DNA of 58,101 bases from Parcubacteria group bacterium RIFCSPLOWO2_01_FULL_48_18 (GTDB lineage Bacteria; Patescibacteriota; Minisyncoccia; UBA6257; WO2-01-48-18), in assembly GCA_001824435.1 (NCBI GenBank), contig MHXH01000024.1, forward strand, positions 29,501 through 87,601, read 5' to 3'. Shown in pieces: positions 16,189 to 24,926 of the stretch. The notes under the pieces are model-generated. The model saw only the letters and a program-made list of their open reading frames with translations, searched no databases and had not been told where the DNA came from. Both the position numbers and the translations under genes were made by a program. How positions within the stretch are numbered: the stretch's first letter is position 1; the number at the start of each line of letters is the position of its first letter.

Positions 16189-18336
16189 ATGATAGACATC
16201 GATAATCTTCTCAAAATGAAAAAGCTGACCCGCGATCTGACGGGTCTTCCCCCGAAGGAATTTAAAGAGCTTATTCCCAAGTTCGAGCAAGCGTGGAGAA
16301 ACGCGAAAATAGAAGAGGCGCCCGAAGGAGAAGAACAAATGACGGTCGGCCCCAGCGGTAAGGGTTTTTTAAAGACGTTCCCGGAAAAATTGTGTTTTAT
16401 CCTTTTTTATTACCACTGCCGTCCCTCCTACGGCGTCCTTAAATTCCTCTTCGACTACAGCCCGTCGAGTGCCCGCCAAAACATCAAGCTTCTTACTCCG
16501 GTTCTTGAGGCTGCCACTGGTCGCAAGGCAACACTTCCTAAAACCGGCGTTGAAACCATCGATGAGTTTCTCGTAAAATACCCTGAAGCAAAGTCTATTC
16601 TCATTACGGAAGCATCAAAGGGGTCGGAAAAAGTGAAAGTCGAGTTGTCAGGGACGGTTCAGCAAGCGCCTCAAACCAATATCGTAGAACGCATTACGCA
16701 GCAGCTTAAGGAAGAATTCAAGAAACAATTTGAAAAGAAAGGAGAAGAGACGACGACACAACCATCCATAACCCAAGCCGAGGGAGATGTAATATCCTCA
16801 ATGGAGGAAGGAAAAAAGCTTCTTGAGCAAATAAAAGAGGAACGGCTCCGCGACCAAAAACAGAAGGAAGAAGCAAAAAAAGTTCTCCAAGAAAAATTAC
16901 AACAAGAGAACGCCGAAGCGCCTGCGGCACCGATGCCGGAAAAAACTCTGCCTCCATCCGAAGACACAACAGTCGCCCCGGAACAAACGCCCCAAGAACA
17001 AAAGCCGGAATGGCTAGAAAAACTTGAGCATAAATTGGAAAAAGAAGGACCGGCAAAACAACCGATCGCTTCTACAAAATCCATCGAACAGTTTGAACGG
17101 AGTATTTCAAAAAAACTCAATGAAGTTAAAAAGAAAATTAACGATCAGCTTGGCAAACCGTCAGAAGAATTATCCATAATCGAATTCGTGGATGCGATTG
17201 TCCAGGAGGGATATTTTTCCCGGGCATCAGACATCCACGTCGAACCGCGCGAAACCGACACCCTCGTTCGTTTAAGAATCGACGGCGTGCTTCATGATGT
17301 TGTCACGTATCCGAAATTGATTCATTCCGCGGTGATAACCAGGATAAAGGTAATATCCGGTCTCCGAACCGACGAACATCAAGCAGCCCAAGACGGCAGA
17401 TTTAAAGCAGGGATACAGGATATCGGCTACGTGGACGTACGAGTTTCCATTGTCCCGACTTATTACGGAGAAAACTCCGTAATGCGCATTCTTACCCAGC
17501 ACCAGCAATATACGCTTGAAGAGATAGGATTGGTGGATCGCGACCTAGAACTTATAAAGGAAGCGATTAAACAACCGTATGGCATGATCCTTTCTACGGG
17601 CCCAACCGGATCGGGAAAAACGACGTCTCTTTACGCGATTATCAGACTTCTAAATACTCGCGACGTAGCCATCCATACCATCGAAGACCCGATAGAATAC
17701 TCCATCCAAGGAATCGACCAAATTCAAGTAAACGCAAGAACCGGGCTTACATTTGCCAATGGCCTGCGCGCGCTTCTACGACAGGACCCGAATATCATTA
17801 TGGTTGGAGAAATTCGCGATGAAGAAACTGCGGGTATAGCTGTTAATGCCGCTCTTACCGGCCACCTCTTGCTTTCTACCTTGCATACTAACGATGCCGC
17901 AACAGCTCTTCCGCGCCTTACCGACATGGGCATTGAACCTTTCCTTATTGCCTCTACGGTGAATATCATAATCGGCCAACGGCTCGTGCGAAAAATCTGC
18001 GAGCATTGCAAAGAAGCTTATGCGCTTCCAAATGAGGAATTCGTCCGTCTTTCAGGGCTGGTGAGCGAAAAGATTTTGAGCGGCCATAGAAATTTTTTCA
18101 AAGGAAAAGGCTGTGAAATATGCGAAGGTAGCGGCTATAAAGGCAGGATCGGCATTTTTGAAACACTACCCATGGAGGAAAATATCAAAATACTTGTTAT
18201 GGGCCGGGCAAGCTCTGACGATGTCAAATACGTGGCGATTAAAAACGGAATGACGACCATGCTGGAAGACGGACTTAAGAAGGCAGTCGAGGGAAAAACG
18301 ACAGTTGAAGAAGTTCTAAGGGTGGCAAAAGAATGA
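16189..18336 (+). CDS. pilB: type IV pilus / T2SS assembly ATPase (GspE/PilB family) with an atypical N-terminus
   Basis: Walker A GPTGSGKTT, Walker B IIMVGEIRD, His box TGHLLLSTLHTN and the tetracysteine CEHC...CEIC are present. The first ~150 aa look like a transposase HTH rather than a T2SSE_N domain, followed by a ~170-aa E/K/Q/P-rich linker. Confidence 0.9.
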   Translation: MIDIDNLLKMKKLTRDLTGLPPKEFKELIPKFEQAWRNAKIEEAPEGEEQMTVGPSGKGFLKTFPEKLCFILFYYHCRPSYGVLKFLFDYSPSSARQNIKLLTPVLEAATGRKATLPKTGVETIDEFLVKYPEAKSILITEASKGSEKVKVELSGTVQQAPQTNIVERITQQLKEEFKKQFEKKGEETTTQPSITQAEGDVISSMEEGKKLLEQIKEERLRDQKQKEEAKKVLQEKLQQENAEAPAAPMPEKTLPPSEDTTVAPEQTPQEQKPEWLEKLEHKLEKEGPAKQPIASTKSIEQFERSISKKLNEVKKKINDQLGKPSEELSIIEFVDAIVQEGYFSRASDIHVEPRETDTLVRLRIDGVLHDVVTYPKLIHSAVITRIKVISGLRTDEHQAAQDGRFKAGIQDIGYVDVRVSIVPTYYGENSVMRILTQHQQYTLEEIGLVDRDLELIKEAIKQPYGMILSTGPTGSGKTTSLYAIIRLLNTRDVAIHTIEDPIEYSIQGIDQIQVNARTGLTFANGLRALLRQDPNIIMVGEIRDEETAGIAVNAALTGHLLLSTLHTNDAATALPRLTDMGIEPFLIASTVNIIIGQRLVRKICEHCKEAYALPNEEFVRLSGLVSEKILSGHRNFFKGKGCEICEGSGYKGRIGIFETLPMEENIKILVMGRASSDDVKYVAIKNGMTTMLEDGLKKAVEGKTTVEEVLRVAKE

Positions 18337-18404
18337 TTGACTTAGTCGGGTTTCTCATGAGTGCGTGATATACACGCTTTTTTGTGATATGATGAAGGAA
18401 GATT

Positions 18405-19493
18405 ATGAAACTGCCAGCATTCTTCCAAAATATACAATCGAAAAATCTATTCCTGCGTGTTTCTGCAAAAGAAAAAATACTTTTCGCGCAAAGCCTGGCT
18501 ATCATGATAAAATCCGGTATGGCGCTTCTTGACAGCCTGCGCCTTAATCAATCGCAGACAAAATCCAAATCGTTCCGCGCCATTCTTGGCGATGTCATGG
18601 TAGAGATTGACAACGGACAATTTCTTTCTACCGCTGTCGAAAAATACAAATCGGTCTTTGATGAAGTATTTGTCAACATCATCAGGGTAGGGGAGGCGAG
18701 CGGCACGCTATCTGAAAATTTGGAATTCCTCGCAAAAGAAATGGGACGAAGGGAATCGCTCAAGAAAAAGATCAAAGCGGCGATGATATATCCGACCGTC
18801 GTCATTATTGCCACTATCGGAGTGGTGTGGCTTCTTACTGCAGTCGTCCTTCCCAAAATACTTCCTATCTTCGAGGAAGTCGAGCTCAAACTCCCCGCCA
18901 CTACAAAAATTCTCATTGCGGTTACGGAATTTGTCGCCGAATACAATGTGTTGGTCCTCGTTATGCTCGCAGGAATATTTATCGGTTTCCGAGTGCTCTT
19001 AAAAGTTAAGGCAGCTCGGTTCGTCTATCAAAAAATGCTGCTGTACGTTCCCGCCATCAGCGGATTCACGATAAAAGTAAATATGGCGTTTTTTACGAGG
19101 ACGCTGGCAATTCTTTTAAAAAGCGGCGTGAAAATCGTAGAAGCGCTTACCATTACCGCTTCATCGCTCAATAATCTCGTCTATCAAAGAGAGTTGGAAC
19201 AAATCTCTGATTCGATTCGCAGCGGCGAAAGCATCTCCGCATATCTCAACAAAAATGAGCGGATGTTTCCATCAACGCTGGCGCGTCTCATTGAAGTAGG
19301 GGAGAACACGGGACATTTGGACGAAAACCTCAACTACCTTGCGGAGTTCTACGATAACGAGGTGGAGGAATTGACAAAAAATATTTCGAGCCTTGTCGAG
19401 CCGGTTATTCTTGTGGTGATGGGCGGCATTGTCGGATTTATCGCCCTTTCCATCATTACCCCGTTGTTTCAGCTTTCAACCGGCGGAATCTAA
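18405..19493 (+). CDS. pilC: type IV pilus / T2SS platform protein (GspF/PilC family)
   Basis: 362 aa with two GspF-type repeats (LAIMIKSGMALLDSL, LAILLKSGVKIVEAL) and three TM segments. Confidence 0.9.
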   Translation: MKLPAFFQNIQSKNLFLRVSAKEKILFAQSLAIMIKSGMALLDSLRLNQSQTKSKSFRAILGDVMVEIDNGQFLSTAVEKYKSVFDEVFVNIIRVGEASGTLSENLEFLAKEMGRRESLKKKIKAAMIYPTVVIIATIGVVWLLTAVVLPKILPIFEEVELKLPATTKILIAVTEFVAEYNVLVLVMLAGIFIGFRVLLKVKAARFVYQKMLLYVPAISGFTIKVNMAFFTRTLAILLKSGVKIVEALTITASSLNNLVYQRELEQISDSIRSGESISAYLNKNERMFPSTLARLIEVGENTGHLDENLNYLAEFYDNEVEELTKNISSLVEPVILVVMGGIVGFIALSIITPLFQLSTGGI

Positions 19494-19494
19494 A

Positions 19495-19561
19495 TAGAAT
19501 CTGGAATTTTGAATCTTGAATTTTAGGGATTACTTCAGCCAAATTCTAAATTCTAAGTTCT
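19495..19561. repeat. two opposed heptamer arrays (TAGAATC-type, then AAATTCT-type)
   Basis: The first array, 19495-19529, reads TAGAATC TGGAATT TTGAATC TTGAATT TTAGGGA. The second, 19541-19561, reads AAATTCT AAATTCT AAGTTCT. Confidence 0.8.
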
Positions 19562-19584
19562 AACAGCAACATCATTCCAAATTC

Positions 19585-19617
19585 CATCCGCCAGCTGGCG
19601 GACCAAATTCCAAATTC
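19585..19617. repeat. 33-bp element with a 16-bp perfect palindrome core, copy 2 (inverted)
   Basis: CATCCGCCAGCTGGCGGACCAAATTCCAAATTC is the exact reverse complement of 6195-6227. It ends 4 nt before the pseudopilin GTG start. Confidence 0.95.
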
Positions 19618-19621
19618 TTCG

Positions 19622-20047
19622 GTGAAAGGATTTAGCCTGCTCGAACTCATCATTGCAGTTTCTATCTTGCTTATTGTTATGGGAACCATAAGCCCCGCCG
19701 TTGTCGATTATTACTCGAACTATCGCATGGTAAGCGCGCAGCAAGATCTAGTGAGCGTTTTGAGAAAGGCGCAGGCCTTGGCTATGTCAAACCAGTATGA
19801 AGAACAGTACGGAGTATACATCGCTTCCAGTTCTTTCGTGGTATTTCGAGGCTCCTCGTATGCCAGCCGCACATCGGCTTTCGATGATCCTGTATCGTAT
19901 TCCGCCGCAATCACCATTACCGGCCCGACAGAAATTATTTTTGCTCAACTTTCCGGAAGGGCCTCGGCAACAGGCACCCTAATGCTTTCAAGCGGAGCAT
20001 ATACTCGCAGCGCAGCCCTTAATAACGAAGGAAGGGTTGAGTGGTAG
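19622..20047 (+). CDS. pseudopilin with a prepilin-type N-terminal cleavage/methylation motif
   Basis: GTG start. The N-terminus is MKG|FSLLELIIAVSILLIV, with G-1, F+1 and E+5. Confidence 0.85.
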   Translation: MKGFSLLELIIAVSILLIVMGTISPAVVDYYSNYRMVSAQQDLVSVLRKAQALAMSNQYEEQYGVYIASSSFVVFRGSSYASRTSAFDDPVSYSAAITITGPTEIIFAQLSGRASATGTLMLSSGAYTRSAALNNEGRVEW

Positions 20048-20058
20048 TAAAACACAAT

Positions 20059-21477
20059 ATGACACAATCATCTTTGCATAATCAAGGCGGGCAAATACTT
20101 ATTGAGGTTCTTATCGCATTAACCATTATCGTATTAAGCATAACCGCATCCTACTTTGTGACCGTTGTTTCAAACGAACTTATTTTGGATAAACGGTTAA
20201 GCGATCGGGCTGCGTTGTATGCGAATGAAGGCCTAGGCGCCGTGGAATCTATCCGTGATCGCGAATGGCAGGAGCTCGTGGCAGGAAATCACGGTCTCTC
20301 TTTTAGTGGGACCGATTGGAATTTTTCCGGGACCTCGAGCACGGTTGATGGCTTTAATCGTCAAGTGATTATTACCGATATGGCTACACGCACAAAAAAG
20401 ATCGAGGTCCGCGTAAGTTGGACGGGCTTTCCCAATATTAGCAGACAGATAAACGGTATTACCCACGTGAGCAACTGGACCGAGGAGGGACTGCTTTTTA
20501 CCCAGTGGCTTAATCCTTCTTCTCTGGGAAGCGGCGATCTTTCTCCTTCTGGAAATGAAGGACAGGATATAGCGGTAGAAGGCAATTACGCATACATTGC
20601 CGCGAAGCATGCTTCTACAACCGTTGCAGATCTTTTTGTATTCGATGTATCAAACCCTGCCAGTCCGTCACTTGCTACAAGTATTAATACCGGTTCCGGG
20701 CTGCATGCGATATATATCAAAAATAGCGACACATACGCGTACGCGCTCTCGGAAAATGACGCAGCCGGATTTAAAGTTATTGACATTTCTGCTCCTACAA
20801 GCCCTACGGTAACATCAACCCTCAATTTGCCGGGAAGCGAATCCAATATCAGTTTGTTCGTGCTGAATAATGTTGCATATGTTGGAACAAAAAACGATAC
20901 CACGGACGAGGAATTTATCATTGTCGATATCAGCGCGCCAGCAGGTCCTGCGGCCGTCGGCTCTCTTGAAATCGGAGCAGACGTCAACGGAATATTTGTA
21001 TATGGAAACCGCGCGTATCTTGCCACGAGCCATAACAGTAAAGAGCTTATGGTCGTTGATGTCGCTGCTACCTCTTCCCCTCAAGAGCTTGGATCGTATG
21101 ACTGGACAGACACCGAAGACGCATTAAGCGTCTACGTAGAAACCTCTGCGCGCGTATTTTTAGGGAGAGAACGCTGGAACTCGGGCGAAGAACTCCAGGT
21201 CTTAGATGCAAGCAATACCTCATCAATAACAGCGCTGGGCTCTCTCGAAATAGGCGATGATATACATGATGTTTTACCCATCGAATGGCTTGCGTTTATT
21301 GCGACGGGAGTAAGCAACGGAGAGCTTCAAATTGCGAATATCAGCAATCTTACGAATCCCACAAACCATAGTTCATTTAATTACCCGCAGGTTGCAATGG
21401 GGATTGACTATGAAGGGCAATACGTGTATGTTGCAACCCGGAGCAATGACGCGCTGCGAGTAGTACAAGGAGAATAG
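20059..21477 (+). CDS. pilin-like N-terminus fused to an LVIVD-repeat beta-propeller
   Basis: The N-terminus is MTQSSLHNQGG|QILIEVLIALTIIVL. About seven repeats of the YAY(V/I)A...(L/F)x(V/I)(V/I)D(V/I)SxPxxP type follow. The track start at 20041 (GTG) is an alternative. Confidence 0.8.
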   Translation: MTQSSLHNQGGQILIEVLIALTIIVLSITASYFVTVVSNELILDKRLSDRAALYANEGLGAVESIRDREWQELVAGNHGLSFSGTDWNFSGTSSTVDGFNRQVIITDMATRTKKIEVRVSWTGFPNISRQINGITHVSNWTEEGLLFTQWLNPSSLGSGDLSPSGNEGQDIAVEGNYAYIAAKHASTTVADLFVFDVSNPASPSLATSINTGSGLHAIYIKNSDTYAYALSENDAAGFKVIDISAPTSPTVTSTLNLPGSESNISLFVLNNVAYVGTKNDTTDEEFIIVDISAPAGPAAVGSLEIGADVNGIFVYGNRAYLATSHNSKELMVVDVAATSSPQELGSYDWTDTEDALSVYVETSARVFLGRERWNSGEELQVLDASNTSSITALGSLEIGDDIHDVLPIEWLAFIATGVSNGELQIANISNLTNPTNHSSFNYPQVAMGIDYEGQYVYVATRSNDALRVVQGE

Positions 21478-21490
21478 TCATTATCATTGC

Positions 21491-22078
21491 ATGAGGGAAT
21501 TCACTACACCATTGAAACCCAAGAGAAACGACGGGGCCGTTTCCCAAAAACTGAATACGAACAATGATGTTCAAAGCGGATATCCAATGGGATTCACGCT
21601 CATTGAAGTAATACTATACGTAGGAATTGTAGTAGGAATGTTGGGGTCGTCGTTCGTAGTAATGAATAACATCCTTATTGCCCAAGAACGAAATACGATC
21701 AACGCCGAAGTTTTTGATAACGCCAATTTTGTCATGCGCAAGATTGTATGGGCATTGGACGATATTTCCATTATAAACCAGCCATCGGCAAATACCACTT
21801 CCACAACTCTTTCGGTTAACAAGGCAAGCAGCACGGAAAATCCGTATGTGTTTGACCTTGCAAGCAATACCATTCGCCTATCAACCGGCGGAGGATCAGC
21901 AACCGCGCTCACAACCGGCAAAGTTATTGTCGACAGCGTCAGCTTTAGGCATGTGGATCCGGCTTTTGGACCAAGTTCTGTGCAAATCAGTATTGCAATC
22001 AGCAACGCGCCGCAGACAGGACTCACGACATACAATGCCTCAACAACTCTTGAAACGAGCATATTCCTCGCCAATTAG
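21491..22078 (+). CDS. pseudopilin (prepilin-type N-terminus)
   Basis: The motif is ...MG|FTLIEVILYVGIVVGML. An alternative start at ATG 21587 would give a 2-aa leader. Confidence 0.8.
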   Translation: MREFTTPLKPKRNDGAVSQKLNTNNDVQSGYPMGFTLIEVILYVGIVVGMLGSSFVVMNNILIAQERNTINAEVFDNANFVMRKIVWALDDISIINQPSANTTSTTLSVNKASSTENPYVFDLASNTIRLSTGGGSATALTTGKVIVDSVSFRHVDPAFGPSSVQISIAISNAPQTGLTTYNASTTLETSIFLAN

Positions 22079-22182
22079 TACTTCATTAACTTAATTTTGC
22101 CTGCTCTATGACAAAGAAACACCGTATGTATGGGACGTTTTGTGGCAACGACGGCATCAAAATTAAGTTAATTCAGCACTAG
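22076..22182 (+). repeat. ~107-bp terminal-inverted-repeat (MITE-like) element, copy 1
   Basis: The termini are TAGTACTTCATTAACTTAATTTTG...CAAAATTAAGTTAATTCAGCACTAG. It shares its ends and interior with 29651-29756 (reversed) and 54817-54924. Confidence 0.85.
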
Positions 22183-22186
22183 ACCT

Positions 22187-22570
22187 ATGAAAAGGGACGG
22201 CTATTTCGCAATTACCACGGCTATTATATTATCAATATTAGTGCTCATGATATCGGTTTCATTGAGCTTGAGAAGCTTCAATACCCGTTTTGATTCGCTT
22301 GGTTTTGAGTCCAAAGATTTAAGTAGATTTCTTGCGTTAGGATGTCTTGAGGAGGCCATTATTAATGTGCGAACGAGTTCGACGTATACCGGCAGTACGA
22401 CCGTAACGATCGGATCAAGCACGTGCCGGGTTTTGACGATTACCGCGAGCGGTACTGACAGGATTATCCCAACCGAAGCCGATATAAACAACCGGCGCAC
22501 AAATCTCCAGGCGCTGTATCGCTCAAGCACCGACACAATTCTTTATATAAGGGAGCTTATTGTTAACTAA
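22187..22570 (+). CDS. pilus-associated minor pseudopilin-like protein (PilX-like N-terminus)
   Basis: The N-terminus is MKRDG|YFAITTAIILSILVLMISVSL. It lies inside the pilin operon and overlaps the next gene as TAATG. Confidence 0.6.
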   Translation: MKRDGYFAITTAIILSILVLMISVSLSLRSFNTRFDSLGFESKDLSRFLALGCLEEAIINVRTSSTYTGSTTVTIGSSTCRVLTITASGTDRIIPTEADINNRRTNLQALYRSSTDTILYIRELIVN

Positions 22571-23058
22571 TGATGGCCCGATTATCGCGGTCTCATAAAA
22601 AATACGAAGGGGGATTTACGGTTCTCGAGTTTCTTATTGTCGTCGCCATAGCAGGACTGCTGGCAGCAATAATGATCCTTATTCTGGATCCGGTTCGATT
22701 GACGGCAGAGGTGCGTAATCGACAAAGAGAAACAGACGTAAATGCCATTGTTAATTTGATATACCGAAATATCTCTGACAATCACGGCGCATTCAGCTGT
22801 GCAGCTGGCGTCATTCCCACCTCTACGAGAAACATGTCTGATAATAATCCAGCAGTAGGGGACTATGATATTGCCGGCTGTCTTGTTCCAAAATATATTT
22901 CTTCACTGCCGTTCGATCCAAGCGCCTCAAGCGCGCAGTATGCCAGTACGACTAATTATGATCTTCAATATTCCATACAACAAAGCACCACTACCGGAAG
23001 AATCACAATAAGCGCGCCGAACGTGGAGCAAGGCAGCACCATTGAAGCTACGAGATAG
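22570..23058 (+). CDS. type IV pilin-like protein (candidate major pilin)
   Basis: The N-terminus is MMARLSRSHKKYEGG|FTVLEFLIVVAIAGLLAAI, a classical class III signal with E+5. Confidence 0.85.
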   Translation: MMARLSRSHKKYEGGFTVLEFLIVVAIAGLLAAIMILILDPVRLTAEVRNRQRETDVNAIVNLIYRNISDNHGAFSCAAGVIPTSTRNMSDNNPAVGDYDIAGCLVPKYISSLPFDPSASSAQYASTTNYDLQYSIQQSTTTGRITISAPNVEQGSTIEATR

Positions 23059-23126
23059 ACGATAAACTAGATACCAAAAATAAATAGCCGATACCGGACA
23101 ACAATCAACTTACAACTTTCAATTTC

Positions 23127-24926
23127 ATGGAATCATCCATCAAGCCAACAGCAAAATACGCCTTTGAGGTTTCCTGGGAAGTATGCAACAAAGTCGGAGG
23201 CATTTTTACGGTTCTTGAATCAAAGGCGGCCCAAATGGCATCGCATTATCCTCATTACTACGTCGTAGGTCCCTATTTCGACGACAAGACAAGAGGACAA
23301 TTTGAAGAAAAACCGCCTCCGGAAGACTTCAAAAGAGTATTCGCAGAACTTGAAAAGCAAGGGATACGATGCCATTTTGGCACATGGCTCATTCAAGGAG
23401 AACCGTCGGCAATATTAATTGACTTTAACGGCTTTTGGCCGCAGGCAAACCGTATTAAAGGAGAACTGTGGAAACAATATAAAATAGATTCGCTTGGCGC
23501 GGGAAATGATTTTACCGAACCCGTGCTGTGGAGCTATGCAGCCGGAAGGCTCATTGAGTTATTTTCCCCAGTCGCCCGAGAAAAAATTGTCGTCCATTTC
23601 CATGAGTGGCTTTCTGGGGCAGGCCTTCTTTATCTCAAACGAGAAGGAACCTTTGCAACCAGCAATATCGCATCGGTGTTTACCACCCATGCGACCGTTT
23701 TGGGACGTACCTTAGCGGGCAATAATATACCGCTCTATGCCATATTGGAAACGATCGACCCTGAAAAAGAGGCGTACAATTACGGCGTGCATTCAAAACA
23801 CCAGCTTGAAAAAAATGCGGCAAAATGGACAGACTGTTTTACTACCGTGAGCGAGATTACCGGCATCGAGGCGGAGAAATTCTTGTTGCGCAAACCGGAC
23901 GTGATCTTGCCCAACGGCCTTGATATGCAGAGATTCCCCACGCTCGAAGAGGTAGGAATTAAACATCGTTTGCAAAGAGACAAAATTAGAGAATTCCTTT
24001 TGTATTATTTCTTCCCGTATTATACGTTCGACGTCAAAAATACGCTTTTCTATTTCATATTCAGCCGCTATGAATTTCACAACAAAGGAATCGACCTTTC
24101 CATCAAGGCGCTCGGCCTCTTAAATCGACGGCTCAAAGAAGACAAAAGCAGAAAAACAATCGTCGCATTCTTCTGGATACCTACGGAGGTGCGCGGCATC
24201 AAAACCGGATTATTGGAAGTCCGCGAAATGTTCCGCGACATTAATGAATCGCTGAAGGAAGTGGAATACGAAACGGAAGAAAATATCCTCTACGCGCTTC
24301 TCTCGGATGAAAAATTTGAAAGAACGGATTTATTCGAGAAGGGGTTTTTACGCGAAGTAAAAAAGAAAATTCTCCGCATGCGGCGAAACGGTATCCCGCC
24401 CGCTGCCACCCATGATGTTGCCGACCCCAACGACGTTATTCTACGATCCTTCAGGGATGAAGGGCTTGAAAATAAAACAGAAGATCGCGTGAAGGTGATT
24501 TTTTATCCGATCTATTTAACCGGAAGCGACGGCCTTTTGAATCTCTCGCTCTACGAGTGCATTGGCGGCTCACACCTTGGCATCTTCCCTTCGTTTTATG
24601 AACCGTGGGGGTACACGCCGCTTGAAGCGGCTGCATTCGGCGTCCCTGCAATCACTACCGATCTTTCCGGATTCGGAAGATTCTGTCTTAAGAAAAATAC
24701 GCACCCGACGAATCCGGGCGTATTCGTTCTTGAACGACAAGACAAATCCGACGCCGAAGCAACACATGATCTTTTTAAAATACTTCTCTATTACTCTCAA
24801 GCAAGCAATGAAGAACGAGGCGAAAACAAGGTACACGCAAGAGAAATTGCCCAACTCGCGGACTGGAAAATCCTCATCACCCATTATATCGAAGCGCACA
24901 ACATGGCTATTGAGAGACGCTTATGA
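23127..24926 (+). CDS. GT3-family (eukaryote/archaeon-like) glycogen synthase
   Basis: The N-terminal FEVSWEVCNKVGGIFTVLESKA closely matches the GT3 glycogen synthase signature (yeast Gsy: EVANRVGGIYSVLKSKA). C-terminal motifs are PSFYEPWGYTPLEAAAFGVPAITTDLSGFG. Confidence 0.85.
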   Translation: MESSIKPTAKYAFEVSWEVCNKVGGIFTVLESKAAQMASHYPHYYVVGPYFDDKTRGQFEEKPPPEDFKRVFAELEKQGIRCHFGTWLIQGEPSAILIDFNGFWPQANRIKGELWKQYKIDSLGAGNDFTEPVLWSYAAGRLIELFSPVAREKIVVHFHEWLSGAGLLYLKREGTFATSNIASVFTTHATVLGRTLAGNNIPLYAILETIDPEKEAYNYGVHSKHQLEKNAAKWTDCFTTVSEITGIEAEKFLLRKPDVILPNGLDMQRFPTLEEVGIKHRLQRDKIREFLLYYFFPYYTFDVKNTLFYFIFSRYEFHNKGIDLSIKALGLLNRRLKEDKSRKTIVAFFWIPTEVRGIKTGLLEVREMFRDINESLKEVEYETEENILYALLSDEKFERTDLFEKGFLREVKKKILRMRRNGIPPAATHDVADPNDVILRSFRDEGLENKTEDRVKVIFYPIYLTGSDGLLNLSLYECIGGSHLGIFPSFYEPWGYTPLEAAAFGVPAITTDLSGFGRFCLKKNTHPTNPGVFVLERQDKSDAEATHDLFKILLYYSQASNEERGENKVHAREIAQLADWKILITHYIEAHNMAIERRL

